Shown piece by piece: positions 1 through 13,470 of a DNA stretch of 64,000 bases. This DNA is from Felis catus (lineage: Eukaryota). Numbering within the stretch: the stretch's first letter is position 1; the number at the start of each line of letters is the position of its first letter. Location: NCBI RefSeq assembly GCF_018350175.1, contig NC_058368.1, forward strand, positions 70,682,001 through 70,746,000. The letters run 5' to 3'. The notes beneath the pieces are model-generated. The model was not told the origin of the DNA and ran no database searches. It worked only from the letters and a program-made list of their open reading frames with translations. A program made the position numbers and the translations under genes.

Positions 1-1249
1 AGAAGGGGAATCCCAAGCAGGCTCCATGCTCAGCACAGAGCCTGACGTGGGGCTTGATCCCACGACCCTGGGATCATGACCTGAGCTGAAATCAAGAGTC
101 GGATGCTCAACTGACTGAGCCGCCCAGGCACCCCTAAAAGATAATCCTTCCTTATGAACCAAAGAAAATTGAGACTCTTGGGAAACTTCACTGGAAGTAG
201 AGCTCTGTAACCACAGGCGATTTCCCTGATGCCACCACAGCCATCCATATGGCACCAAGGCCCACCTGCCAGGGGCTTTCCTGGATGGCATCATCTAGTC
301 GGTGCAGAGTAAACCCACCCATTTTTCTAGATTATCACTGAAATGAAAACATAGCTAAATTTAATTCTCAAGGGGCATGTGGGCAAGGCACTGCCTTCCC
401 CCATCCACTCTGCCAACCATTTTTAAGAGCCCCAGTCTGGGAACTGGTTGAGAGTATGGGTAAAGAACAAAGCAGTGGTGCCACAGGGCCCCTTTAACAC
501 TTCCTAAGTAGGTGGCCCTTTAATTGGTATATTTTAAAAAATTCTGTAAGTCTTTTCTTGGATTTCATTTGAATCTGAGTCTTGAAGGGATGGACCTCCT
601 TGGGCACCGTCCCCATCCCACCCCCACCCCTGCCAGGGCAGAGCTGAGATGAAGCCTGGGCCTCAGTTCATCTGGTTGACCAGGAAGTGACCCCAGGAGG
701 CAGGAGTGAAGGAGGGGGAGACAAAGGAGAGTCACACAAGCCGTGCTGCCAAGTCGCCACCAGAACCCTCTGCAAAGTGTGTAGAGTGATGTCAAGGTTG
801 TCTACCCGCCCAAGGGGGGCTGTCCGCCCTGGCTGGGCTCATTATCCCTCCCGCACTGGTGGAGCGGGGGCAGTAACCCGGCCCTGCTGGGCTGTGTGCT
901 GAGCGGCCATCACAAATTACCACATTCTGGGTACCTTAAAAAAAACAAAAACATTAATTCTCTCGCACTTTTGGGGACCAGAAGTCCAGTATCAGTTGCC
1001 CTGGGCCAATATCAAAATGCCCTGCTCCTCCCGGAGGCTCTAGGGGAGAATCCATTCCCTGCCTTCTCCAGCTTCTTACTGCCCTTCCTGGGCTTGGAGC
1101 CACCCCACCCCCCACCCCTGCCTCCTTCCCAACATCACTGTATAGATGTGCCTTTGGTTACTTAACCTGGTCTATTAACGGACGTTTCCATTGTATTCAA
1201 TCTTTTTCAAACAGTGGAGTAGTTAATTACCTTTCACAAAAGTAATTTC

Positions 1250-1485
1250 CAGGTATGCAAGGCAGATGTCCAAGAGATGCTGCCACCAGCCAAGGAAAGA
1301 CTTGGGGCCACCACAAGCTGGAAGAAAAGAAGTATCCTCTTCTAGAGGCTTCAGAGGGAACGTGGTTTTGCCGACACCTTGATCGTAGACGTCTAGCCTC
1401 TAGAACTGTGAGACAATACATTTCTGTTTTTTAACCACTCATTTTGTGATACTTTATGATGGCAGCCCCAGGAAACAAATACACA
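1250..1485 (+). mobile_element. MaLR LTR (MLT1-type) 3' part; an opposite-orientation MLT1 piece lies at ~890-1075
   Basis: ctagcctctagaactgtgagacaatacatttctg...ggcagccccaggaaacaaataca is the typical MLT1 terminus. Confidence 0.75.
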
Positions 1486-2155
1486 CATTATCTTAAATTT
1501 CATCATCAATAGAAATCACAGGTATTTTCTTTTTCTTTTTCTTTTTTTTAAAGTAGGCTTCCTACTCAGCACAGTGCCCAGCATAAGGCCTGAACCCATG
1601 ACTTTGAGATCAAGACCTGAACAGAAATCAAGACTGAAGATGCCCAACGGACTGAGCCACCAACGTGCCTCAGAAATCACAGATATTTTCATGCAAGATT
1701 ATCATTGTCACAACATCTTGAAATGTTGTTTAAGTGCATCAGTACTTTGAAATTACAATAATTAGGCCCAAAGCTAGATCTTTTTATTTAATGAGGCAAT
1801 AAATAACTTATAAATTTGTTTTAAGATATTTTGATATTCCTATAACCGTGTTTAAACGTAATTATTTTCTTTATTTTATTCACTTATTTATTTATTTTTT
1901 TAAAGTTTACTTATTTTTTTGAGAGAGAGAGAAAGAGAGAAAATCCCAAACTGGTTCCACACTGTCAGTGTGGAGCCTGACACGGGGCTCAAATTCATGA
2001 ACCGTGAAATCATGACCTGAGCCAAAATCAAGAGTCACACGCTCAACTGACTCACCCATCTAGGCGCCCCATCTACTTTATGCATTTAAAACCATTATTC
2101 TGAGAAGACTTCACGAGAAGGCTGAAGGCTCCATGGCCCTGTGGTCAGCGTGAGT

Positions 2156-2188
2156 TGCAGTACTAAAACATTTCCAGCAGAGGGCACT
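2156..2188 (+). promoter_or_regulatory. Candidate CTCF site with upstream motif
   Basis: Core CCAGCAGAGGGCAC (2174-2187) fits CCASYAGRKGGCRS; TGCAGTACT at 2156-2164 lies at the spacing of the known upstream motif. Confidence 0.6.
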
Positions 2189-3283
2189 GGAGCACCTACA
2201 CAAAGCTTCATCTACCTTAATGCTGCCTATTTTACCGTATTTTCCTCCATTGCAGAAACAGAACTCTCTTTAAATTCATATTATTTTTAGACTATTAATA
2301 ATGTATGCACTGTGATCAGAATATGGAAATATTTGCATGCCTGCTATCCTATTTATTGATTCTTAAAATTTCCATACCATTTTTTTAAATGCTTAAATGA
2401 ACAGTTGGTACTGAAGTTATTTTTAAATTGTCTCCTATAGCTGGCACTACTTTGTAATTTCTATGTCCTGTATGAAAGTATGCAATGAGCATAAAATAGA
2501 AATTAATATAAAGAATAGCCTGACCAGGGGCCTGGCTGTCTTATTCAGTAGAGCATGCTACTCTTGGTCTCGGGGTCATGAGTTAAAGCCCCACCTTGGG
2601 AGTAGAGCCTACTTTTAAAAATAGGGTGACAAAACACCGAATAATGCGATTCATAGTGATAACAGTTTGAAAGGAGCTTCTAAGTCTTTGCCCAACCCAA
2701 CTAGAACACTATCTAACGGCTTCCTAGTATACCTAACGTAGTCTTCTTTTCTCTTAGCAAATGAAACCCTTTCAGAATGCTTTTTCTCAGAGGGTGTGAT
2801 CACTTTGATATTTGTTAAGTTATCCGAATGAACTGGGTGCTGGGCTATTCAGCTGCTTATCTTACACAATAGTTTTGACTGGGAGACCAGTCTAACCCCC
2901 AAATGATTGCTCTTCACAGACTTCTTTCTGCCTGGGTTTTCTGGTGGAACAGGACCAGAGAATGAGGGAAATGCTGTGGCGGGTAAGCACCACCCATTTC
3001 TTCCTTTGACATCGATAAGTCCACTGATTAACAACTTAACATTCCAGGGGGATATCCTGTGTATCTCTGTGGACCAGGGAGAAATATTCCCCAAGCCTAA
3101 AAACTCTATCCAGGGCAGGGCCACCTCCTTATATCGTAGGGCAATAGTATCACATAATTTTGGGTTTAGACAAATATGACTTCAAATCCTAACTGTACAA
3201 CATAAGTGATGTTGGTCAAATTACTTTTTTTTTTTTTTTTGAGAGAGAGAGAGGCATAAGTGACTGAGGGGCAGAGAGAGAGA

Positions 3284-3315
<32 letters not shown>

Positions 3316-5747
3316 ATCCCATGAGGGGCAGAGAGAGAGAGAGAGAAGCCAGATTCATCTGAAGTGGGGCTCGAGCTCGCCTGATGTGGGGCTCGAACTC
3401 ACAAACCGTGAGATCATGACCTGAGCTGAAGTCAGATGCTTAACCAACTGAGCCACCCAGGCACCCTCAAATTATTTGTCTTTGAACACTATCTCTGAAT
3501 AATGAAGTTATCTCTGAATACTCTGAATACTTATCTCCATTAATACTTATCTCTGAACAATGTGCATCTTTAAAATAATCTGAACGTGCATTGTCTCCTC
3601 CATACAATGGGGTAGCAATTACTTTTTTATGGGGTTGTTGTGAAAATTGGATTCAGTTTTGTTTGCAAAGTAGCAGAGTACGTATTCCATCAATGTGAGC
3701 CCCAATCCACTCCTGTTCCCCCGAAACACATGCCTCCTTCTCCTTGGAAGAGCTACACAGAACAAGATGCATGTTACTTCATGATCCCGAAAGACTTAGA
3801 AAGAGGCAGGGTGGGGGCTGTTAAAAGGTAAATTTCAGGAAAAGATAAAATCATGACTCTCATTCAAATATAAGAATGGACATGTGCTAACGGTATTATT
3901 TAGCTCCTCCATTCAATTCAGGAACCAGACAGATTTTATAACACTAAGTCCAATAAAGAAATCTAAAGCAAAAATGTATATGGAGTAAAGGAAATATTGA
4001 AATGAATTGAAAGGAGGCAAAGCTGCTTTTTTTCCAGAAGTTGGGGAGGAGAGTCCATTAGAATTCTCCTAGACAGGCAGAATTCACATGGATACTAGTT
4101 ATCTGCAGCTCATAGAGTTATAAAACAGCCCAGAATCAGAAGGGGGAAAAATCAGAATCAGATAAGGCAGAAGAGTATGCATAATTTTCCATTGGGAAAC
4201 ATTTTTTTTTTCTACCACTGAAGGTATGTGTGGTAACAATGGGCTCCTTTATTATTTCCTTCTTCCTAGAATTAGATCATACATATACCATCCTGCTTTG
4301 GCCCAAGTCTGTTGTGAAAGCACTGAAAATCAAGGACCTAGTCCTAGAGCAAAGTTATCTGCTCTTAGCTGTTTGCTAAGAATCCATGCATTGCTGCAAA
4401 GAAAGTACCAGCAGTGCACACACAGCCCCTCTTGGCCCCAGAGCTGACGTCCCCCTCCCAGACCGCAGCCAGGGCAGGTGGGCTGCATGTGAGGGTGCCG
4501 GGAGGGAAATCGACTAGCTTGGTGGTCTTCTACTCAACTTCATATCCAGCAGGTTGTTCAGCTAAAGCTCTCTGCCTAGCAGAGCAGCACCACTAGCTTC
4601 CATTTTCAAGCAGTCTGCTTACTAACACAAAACAAATTCTTTCACCAACACCTCACATTTTTGAAACTCACCCCAATTTGAGACCCTCCCACCTCCACTC
4701 ATCAGCTCAGGAGAATGTTAGTCCCAACGCAGTTCCATCACGTTGCCAATGGGTCGGCATTTGGTCTCCATTGGTCAGTTTGGTCATCTGTCATTGTTAG
4801 ATAGTGCCTTGCTTATCACTCAGGGTTAGTAGTTACATGCACAAGGGAAGTGACCCAAAATCATGATGTTTATTGATTGAACTACCTGACTTCTATGCTG
4901 AAGAGCAAGTGGGTTAAAAAATCTATGAACAAAATGTAAACATTTTAAATGAAAAGAGGATTCAACCCTGTACATGCAGGACCCTGAGGGTGAATCTCAG
5001 CCGTGCAACCTTACCAGGCAAAGGCAAATCAGGCTGTGCTGCTCTTGCAGATATAATGGCATTTTCATAATAGCAAACATACATTTAAGATTTGCATTTC
5101 ATTGAAAGTACGTTTTCCACTAAGGGAAAAAAACTAAGCAGATATTGAATTCTGATTAATTAAATATTTAAGGGTAATTGTACTGATGTTTGCAAATTTA
5201 CTTTGTTCAAAAAAAATGGATGGGTTATGGATGAGTAGGGAGAAGGATAGAGGGACAGATATTGATAAAGTATAGTAAAATGTTCACTGTACAATCTAGG
5301 GGTAAATGTATAGGTGCCCACTACAAAATTCTTTCAGGTTTGCTGTATGCTTGAAAATTTTCAAAATAGTTTTAGAAATTTTAAAAATTAGGGAAAAAAA
5401 ATTAATCATGTCTGCTGCAATAAATGTAGGATCACTAGGTCCCACGTTAGGGGATCTTGGACTTGTCATTTTTCCTGTCCTTTAATGAGTAGGGATTGTT
5501 AAGGTTTTGACTCTTAGTGAAACAATTTACTGTCTTCAGTGATGTGTGTTAGATCATACCCAGTACTGTTTGGCGAAGTCTCCAATGTGTGTGTAAGAAT
5601 AACCACTTTTTTTTTTCTGAAGTCCTGATATCACCTAGTATGTGATAATTCAACAAAGAGTGAGTTTCTGCTTTCAGGAGCGTTTACTGTATGTCATGCC
5701 CTTAGTACTGCACAGCACTTTGTCAATATTTAATGATTGTTAGCTAT

Positions 5748-6328
5748 TGAAGGGGAGACAGAATATGCCATCCCAAAATATGCCACTTTGGCATAAGGAT
5801 TATTTTGAGCTGAAGGCAACAGAGAAGAAACAAATACTAAAAAAGCTCTCTATCCTTCCCTATTTGCCCAATAGCAGGACATAAATTGATAAAGGTGTCA
5901 CTCTTCCCTTCTTACCAAGAAGGACAAAGGTTAACCTCCAGAGACAACTTTAAACCCTTATCAATTGAGATGGTACCAACTGAAAGCTACAGAACAAACC
6001 TTACCGTGTTAACCTACTTTTCCTGGGCACCTCCCCATAACTGGCCTTCCTAAATCTTTCTTGTGTCTTTAGCTGAAGATAATATTTAAGCCTGAATTAT
6101 TTTTTTTAATGTTTATTTATTTTTGAGAGAGCGTGAGCAGGGGAGGGGCAGAGAGAGACAGGGGGACAGAGGTTCTGAAGTGGGCTCCATGCTGACGACA
6201 GTGAGATCTGTGCTGACAAACTGTGAGATTATGAGCTGAGCCAAAGTCGAACACTAAACCGACTGAGCCACCCAGGCACCTCCCCTTTAAGCCTGAGTTC
6301 TAAGCCACCTCTGAGAGTTACTCATTTT

Positions 6329-6379
<51 letters not shown>

Positions 6380-6435
6380 TCCTGTATACGTGAAGTTTAC
6401 AGGTTAGTAAACTTCTGTCTGTGTTTCTCTTGCAC
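5748..6435 (+). mobile_element. ERV1-type solo LTR (MER34-like) with nested SINE at ~6100-6281
   Basis: TG start; cagaatatgccatcccaaaatatgccactttggcataaggattattttgagctg resembles MER34-family LTRs from recall; nested SINE TSD tttaagcctga. Confidence 0.6.
6333..6378. repeat. (TG)n microsatellite
   Basis: Pure TG run; similar runs at ~10712-10752 and ~13424-13467. Confidence 0.95.
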
Positions 6436-6579
6436 ATATTTGCCATCCATATGTCTTGAAGTTTTGCGTTTGCTGCCAGAAATCTGAAAGCCAAGATACA
6501 AAGGCGTATTGGTGAATAGAAGCAGAGTATGGCCTGGGTAATTTCCTAAATAACCACACTTGTTAGCAGTTTGTTTGTT

Positions 6580-7290
6580 TTTCTAATAAAAGCATTATTG
6601 GGATATAATTCACGTACTCTCAGATTTGTCTATTTAAAGTATACAATTCAATGTAAATTTAGTATATTCACAGTTGTTCATCCATCACCACATCAATTTT
6701 AGAACATTGTCATCATCCCACAAAGAAACACCATACGCTGTAGCCAGCATCTCCCAAACTTTATATCTGCACTCCCTCAACTGAGGCAACCATTTATTTA
6801 TTCTCTGTCTCTATAGATTTGCCTGTTCTGAATATTTCATATAAATGGAAATATACCATATGTGGCTTTTTGGACTGGCTTCTTTCATGCAGCATGCAGT
6901 TTTCAAGGTCCATCCATTTTGTAGCATGTGTCAGTACCTCATTCCTTTTTATAGCTGAGTGATGTTCCATTATATGGATATGATACATTTCATTTATTCA
7001 CTTAACAGCTAATAGATACTTGGATTGTTTCTGCCTTTTGACCATTAGGTATATGCTGCTGTGAACATGCATTTAGAAGTTTTTGTGTGGATATGTGTTT
7101 TCATTTCTCTTGCAGACATATCTAGGATTGGGACTGTTGGATCATATGTCAGTTTTATGTTAAACCTTTTCAGGAACCACCAGATCATTTTCCACAGTGG
7201 AATTTTACATTCCCACCAGGGTATGGGGGTTTCCATTTCTCCACATCCTTGCCACCAGTAGTTATTGTCTTTTTTGTGATAGCCATCCTT
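6580..7290 (-). mobile_element. Old mammalian L1 (L1M-type) 3' fragment
   Basis: Degenerate ORF2-end peptides (HHSAIKRNEVLTHATKWMDLEN) and a typical L1M 3' UTR. Confidence 0.8.
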
Positions 7291-7949
7291 TAGCAGCTGG
7301 TTTTGAGGTGTCCAGGATAGATTAATGAAAGTACCAAATTAAGAAGGTCAAGGGTGGAACAGATATCTACATTAGGCTCAGTATGTATTGAGCCCATGAT
7401 GGGGATGGGATTAATTTGCATTTTCTCAGAATTAGACACTGAAACAGGGATCCCAGTGTAAGTAGCTTATTTTGAAGGAAAAGAAAACACTGGAAAGGGA
7501 GTAGGGAAGTGAGAACCGGAAGGCAAGGCAACTAGCGTAGGGTCAGCAATCAAGCCAGGTACTACTGTGGGTGGACAAGGAGAACTTCATCCCCCTCGGG
7601 AAACTCTGAGTCACTACAGAGCACATAACCTTTCAGGTCTCCTGAGAGATCAGGGATCTGGGGTATTTATACTCTTCTTCCTTCAGCCATTGGTTGAGAC
7701 GACTCTTGAGGGATATTAATTCCCTGCCCCTGCCATAAAGATAGCCAGAGACAGCCCAACACTAAAACAGAAAAAGGGGGGTTCTGGCAGTTTGAAGTTG
7801 GGCTGGTGTGCCTGAAATGGTTTGAACAAGGAGATATAGGCAGGTCGCTGAGCAAGTATACTATAGGGGGTATGAAACTGTGCCTTAAGTCTCATCAAGG
7901 GAAGATGTGAACACCTGGCAGAGACAGAGAGCAATCAATGGAATGCACT

Positions 7950-8500
7950 ACCATGCCAAGTGACAATCTGAACTTGTAGTGAGAAAGACAGGGGCGCCTG
8001 GGTGGCGCAGTCGGTTAAGCGTCCGACTTCAGCCAGGTCACGATCTCGCGGTCCGGGAGTTCGAGCCCCGCGTCGGGCTCTGGGCTGATGATGGCTCAGA
8101 GCCTGGAGCCTGTTTCCGATTCTGTGTCTCCCTCCTTCTCTGCCCCTCCCCCGTTCATGCTCTGTCTCTCTCTGTCCCAAAAATAAATAAACGTTGAAAA
8201 AAAAATTAGAAAGACAAAAAAATGGCACAGAGAAATGGCCATATATTGAAAGAGTCCATTTACAGGAGATGTCCAGAAAAGGCAAATCTCTAGAAATTGA
8301 AGGCAGATTCATGGTCACCTGGGGCTAGGAGGTGGGACCAGGGAGTGACAGCAAATGGACTCCAAGGCTCTTTTGCAGTGATGGAAACATTCTCAAATTG
8401 GATTGTGGTGATGTCTGCACAATTCTGTAAATGTCGTAAAAATCACTGAATCATACACTTAAATGAATTTTATGGTATGCATATTATACCTCAATAAAGG
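7950..8500 (+). mobile_element. Old L1M 3' end interrupted by a young SINE
   Basis: aggcaaatctctagaa...tatattatacctcaataaag L1M-type terminus; SINE inserted at 7991. Confidence 0.7.
7991..8207 (+). mobile_element. Young felid SINEC_Fc
   Basis: ggggcgcctgggtggcgcagtcggttaagcgtccgac head with CpGs intact, (CT)n region, A tail; TSD agaaagaca. Confidence 0.95.
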
Positions 8501-9205
8501 TGTCTTTCTTATTTAAAAAATTATTTTAAGGTTTATTTATTTTTGAGACAGAGATAGAGCATGAGTAGTGGATGGGCAGAGAGAGAGGGAGACACAGAGT
8601 CCAAAGCAGGCTCCAGGCTCTGAGCTGTCAGCACAGAGCCTGTTGTGGGGCTTGAACTCACAAGCTGTGAGATCATGACCTGAGCCAAAGTCAGACGCTT
8701 GACTGACTGAGCCACCCAAGTGTCCCTCAAGAAAGCTGCTTTTAAAAAATGCCACAAGAGACTTAAAACTGCCCACAGGCACAGGGATTTGGGGCCTGCC
8801 TTCATCCTTTGTCTGTCTGCACACCAGGCCCCTTGCTGCTCCTGAATCAGAATCCAGGTGGTGCTGGGCAAAACAACTTTGCTGTTGGAAATCCATCAGA
8901 TATTGATGGCTATGAGCTGGACAAGTCACCTAATCTCCCCGGGCTGCACTGTCTTCGTATGGACAGTGTTCAGTGGTTTCCAAAGATCACAGGAGTACCT
9001 AGCACCTCAAAATCTAATATTATTATATTTGTTACATAATGCCATTAGGGATGGTTTCTTGGCACTATGAGGCATAAATACAGTAATGGGATAGTCATCA
9101 AAACAAAAGTGGATTGGAAAAGCATTCTAGCCCCAGGACACTTTATAAAATGAATGGGACTTTTAGAATGAATGATGTAGCAGTGTTAATAAAGAAGAGT
9201 ACAGT

Positions 9206-9422
9206 GGGGCGCCTGGGTGGCTCAGTCGGTTGAGCGAACGACTTCGGCTCAGGTCACGATCTCGCGGTCCGTGAGTTCGAGCCCCGTGTCGGGCTCTGTG
9301 CTGACAGCTCAGAGCCTGGAGCCTGTTTCAGATTCTGTGTCTCCCTCTCTCTGGCCCTCCCCCGTTCATTCTCTGTCTCTCTCTGTCTCAAAAATAAATA
9401 AACATTAAAAAAAATAAAGAAA
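9206..9422 (+). mobile_element. SINEC_Fc
   Basis: Full-length; TSD aaagaagagtacag at 9191-9204 and 9423-9436. Confidence 0.95.
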
Positions 9423-10463
9423 AAAGAAGAGTACAGCAAAAGGCCTAGGGAAAAGTGCATTGAGGATGAAAACCGCAGTGCGTGGCTTTCAGGGTGTGAG
9501 GCTTTTAATGATTTATATGGCTGGGAGAAAATCTGGCTTCAGGAAACCTCTAACTCAGCTTGATGAAGAATGAAAAGAATTTCCATTAGTTACGTCAGCT
9601 CTTATTCAGTCCTTCTGATGACAAAAGAAAATTGAAACCACTGAAGCGTGCCTTATATAAGGCACCAAGAATATTGATTTGATTTGAGCAGGTAATAAAC
9701 TTGGCAGCAGGGCCACATGGGATTGGTTGAATTAAGCCACACAGTCATGGGATTTAGTCAAACTCTCTTTTAAACAAACACCAATCCAGAAACTTCTCTC
9801 GCATTAGACACCTTTTAGTAGCTCACTTTTCTATCGCAATTTTCCCTCAATCCTTTTGCAATCAGTTGTGGTTACTCTAAGTATTTTGAGGTTGAATTTT
9901 ATTAGCTGCTAACAAAATTAAGCCAAGTGCTTAAAGCTATTTGTAGGTGGGTTTCACAAAATGTTATCTTATGGGTGTCTAATTTTCAGAAAGTTTATCA
10001 AAACAAGAGAATCCTGTGTATGGCCAATCTTCCAAATGACTTTGCTCCTGGAATATAATGACTCTACTGATGATTTTTATTATTATCTTTTCAGAAGATA
10101 ATATTTTTCTCTGAACTTTACAAATATTCTAAAATACATTGGTATTGTCTTACTTTAATTGTAGGAATTTTAATTTAACTATGCCAAATAATACATGAAT
10201 ATATTCTGTTCATAAAAGATTCAAACAACCCAGAAGTATCTGGAGTAAAACGTGAAGTCCTACCCTGCTGCTGTCACCCACCACTAACCCCAATTGTGTT
10301 TTTGCTGTAGCTTTAGCAACTGTGACAATTTAATGTGCACCCTGCTAATAATTTACTTATTTATACTCATATGTAGTTTTCATGGTATTATATGTTTTGG
10401 TTATATTTTGTGTTGTGACTTTGTGACTTACCTTTTGTGCTAGTAAGAGTCTGGATGTTCTTT

Positions 10464-10709
10464 ATTTTATTTTATTTTTTTAATTTTTTTTTCAACGTTT
10501 TTATTTTTTATTTTTGGGACAGAGAGAGACAGAGCATGAACGGGGGAGGGGCAGAGAGAGAGGGAGACACAGAATCCGAAACAGGCTCCAGGCTCTGAGC
10601 CATCAGCCCAGAGCCTGACGCGGGGCTCGAACTCCCGGACCGCAAGATCGTGACCTGGCTGAAGTCAGACGCTTAACTGACTGCGCCACCCAGGCGCCCC
10701 TGGATGTTC

Positions 10710-10754
<45 letters not shown>

Positions 10755-10942
10755 TAATGTCTATTTATTTATTTTGAGAGAGAAAGAGAGAATGAGTGGG
10801 GGAGGGACAGAGAGAGAATCCCAAGCAGGATCCACGCTGTCAGTGCAGAGCCCAAGGTGGGCCTCGGTCTTCTGAACCATGAGATCATGACCTGAGCCAA
10901 AATCCAGAGTTGAATGCTCAACCAACTGAGCACTCAGGCGCC
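10464..10942 (-). mobile_element. Two Can-SINEs separated by (TG)n
   Basis: Young copy 10464-10700 with TSD tggatgttcttt (10452-10463, 10701-10712); older copy at ~10755-10942. Confidence 0.92.
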
Positions 10943-12698
10943 ACTATATATATGTATATATATCTTTCATTTATCTGCATACCAGGCATCATGCTGGCTT
11001 CTTTGACTCGGCAAGCTATGCCATGTACTTTGAATAAATTCCATTTTTACTTAGGTTAACCAAGGTTGGATTCTATTGCTTATACTCAGAGAAGCCGGAG
11101 CAAGTGCCTCCAAGGGGGATACTGCAACGGACAAACTCCACCACCTAGAATTGGCTGAGTCAAGATAAGACGAGAGAAGTTCCCATTCTTCACTGGAAAG
11201 TTAGAGATTCCCACAAAGTGGTTAGAAATTCCTGGCTATGTAGATTCTGCTGTATCCTGGAATTCTGTCCATGTATCTTCTGTGGCTAGAGCTTTAGGGC
11301 ACTTGAGAAAGGATGTCATGTCTTGGCTACTCCTTGAGGCTTTTAGTAGCATCTTACCAGAAAGAGGCAAGCTTTGAAATAAAAGAGAGCCCTGGAGGGA
11401 AAAGAGAAGGGGGCATCTATGCCTGTTTCTCAAAGACCAAATCCATCAGTTTCTATGTTGAGGTTTTAGGATCATCACCATGACCAACCACGAGTGAACT
11501 TAAGGAGCCAAGGGTCATTAGAACGTGGGGTCCTTGGGACAGGGACTTTATCTTTTTCATTGCTATATTGTGTAAGCAGGTACCTGTAAACACTTAGTGT
11601 TTGTTGAATGAATGACTCAGCATTACTAATTCAAGCGTTTGATGAAGTGCAAACTGGATGAGAGGATACCACAGGTTTATCAGGGTTATATTTCCAGAGA
11701 AACCGAGAGCCTTTCAAGTGGTGGAGTTTGGGTGGGCTTGGCTCCTTGCCCTCACCCTCATCCTCAGTCCCAGCGGTGGGCACAGAACCCAGGTATGGCG
11801 AATGCACTGAGCGACTATTAGAAATAGAAAACATGACCCATGCCAAGTCAGTTTGGCTGCGGTGTGAATTGCTTACAGTGCCAGCAGTATCCTGGAAACT
11901 GGTTTGAGAAATGAACTATCAACCTGCTCATGAGAATAGGGAGCAGATTGTTTCCCTCACTCTGCAGGTTCCTGCTCTTGTGAGATCTAGTATTTTTCCT
12001 CTTCCTTTTTCTGCTGGAGAATTCCTCAAGTTTCTATCCTTGACCTTCAGCTCATTCTTGAAACATTCTCTCCCCATCTCCTCCTCTCTCATCCATCGTT
12101 ACCTTCCTTTGGATAATAACACTAAAATTTCTGTCACCATAAAGTCTCTTTTCTCCAAAGAAAGATGTATGCAAAGCACAGACGTCATTCCCAGGATGAG
12201 AGCATGAACCACTAGGATCAGGGAAGTTTCCACAGAAGTGGTAAGTTGGCTTTAAAAGATGAGCAGGAATTGGTTTGGGAGGAAAGGGGTTGAGCAGAGG
12301 TCACCATGCAAACACATTCCAAACAGAAAACATAGGTGAATGTAGGGAGAAATAGATCTATAGAAATAAGGTTGTAATAGTAAAGTTTAATCCTTCATTT
12401 TTAACGTAATCAAATCGAAATAAATCACTATAGAGACAAAGGGTCTGAACAATATAGTTAATAAGACAAACTAATCAGTCATACAGGAACTAACTGTATG
12501 CCACAAGGAGTTATAGGATTTCCTTTTCCCAAGCTTTTATTTGGAAAAGTTTAAACTTGGAGGGAAGCGAGAGACGCAGTCTTTACTGGGATGCTTGGTC
12601 TGGTGCCAGGGAGCAGGAATCCAAGCACAGGCATGGCTGAGAGTGGTGCTGCCTCCAGGGGGGGCTATTTTCTTTGAAGATTCTCAGGGGAATATAAC

Positions 12699-12735
<37 letters not shown>
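12699..12735. repeat. (TAT)n microsatellite
   Basis: Pure trinucleotide run; explains the poly-Ile ORF. Confidence 0.95.
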
Positions 12736-13039
12736 GCCACCTTGAGTATTTCTTAATTTTTTAAATGTTTATTTATTTTTGAGAGAGAAAGACAGAGCAT
12801 GAGCAGTGGAGGGGCAGAGGCAGAGGGAGGCACAGAATCAGAACCAGGCTCCAGACTCTGAGCTGTCAGCACAGAGCCCAACACAGGGCTCTAACTCACA
12901 AACTGTGAGAACATGACCTAAGCTAAAGTCTGATGCTTAACTGACTGAGCCACCCAAGTGCCCCCCGACCTTTAAAATTTTTTTTTAATGTTTATTTATT
13001 TTTGAGAGAGAGTTATTTATTTTTGAGAGAGGAGTATTT

Positions 13040-13421
13040 TTTATTAATAGTTTATTTACTTTTTAATTTACATCCAAGTTAGTTAGCATATGGTGCAACA
13101 ATGATTTCAGGAGTAGATTCCTTAGTGCCCCTTACCCATTCAGCCCATCCCCCCTCCCACAACACCTAGAACAACCCTATGTTTGTTCTCCAGATTTAAG
13201 AGTCTCTTATGTTTTGTCCCCCTCCCTGTTTTTCTATTATTTTTGCTTCCCTTTGCTTATATTCATCTGTTTTGTATCTTAAAGTCATCTTATGAGTGAA
13301 ATCATAAGATATTTGTCTTTCTCCGAATGACTAATTTCACTTAGCATAATACCCTCTAGTTCCAGCCACGTACTTGCAAATGGCCAGATTTCATTCTTTT
13401 TGATTGCTGAGTAATACTCCA

Positions 13422-13470
<49 letters not shown>

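Larger units (their letters stand above)
1..3467. mobile_element. Can-SINE copies at ~1-135 (-), 1530-1671 (-), 1880-2070 (-), 2526-2620 (+), 3225-3467 (-)
   Basis: Shared gatcatgacctgagc...gactgagccacccagg motif and GA/T-rich tails. Confidence 0.88.

Noticed and set aside
7991..8070. tRNA genes
   Set aside because: The A/B-box-like heads are the tRNA-derived part of SINEs, followed by SINE body and tail; I saw no standalone cloverleaf.
12648..12670. Second CTCF site (cctccagggggggct)
   Set aside because: The G run is two bases too long, so the conserved GGC is out of register.
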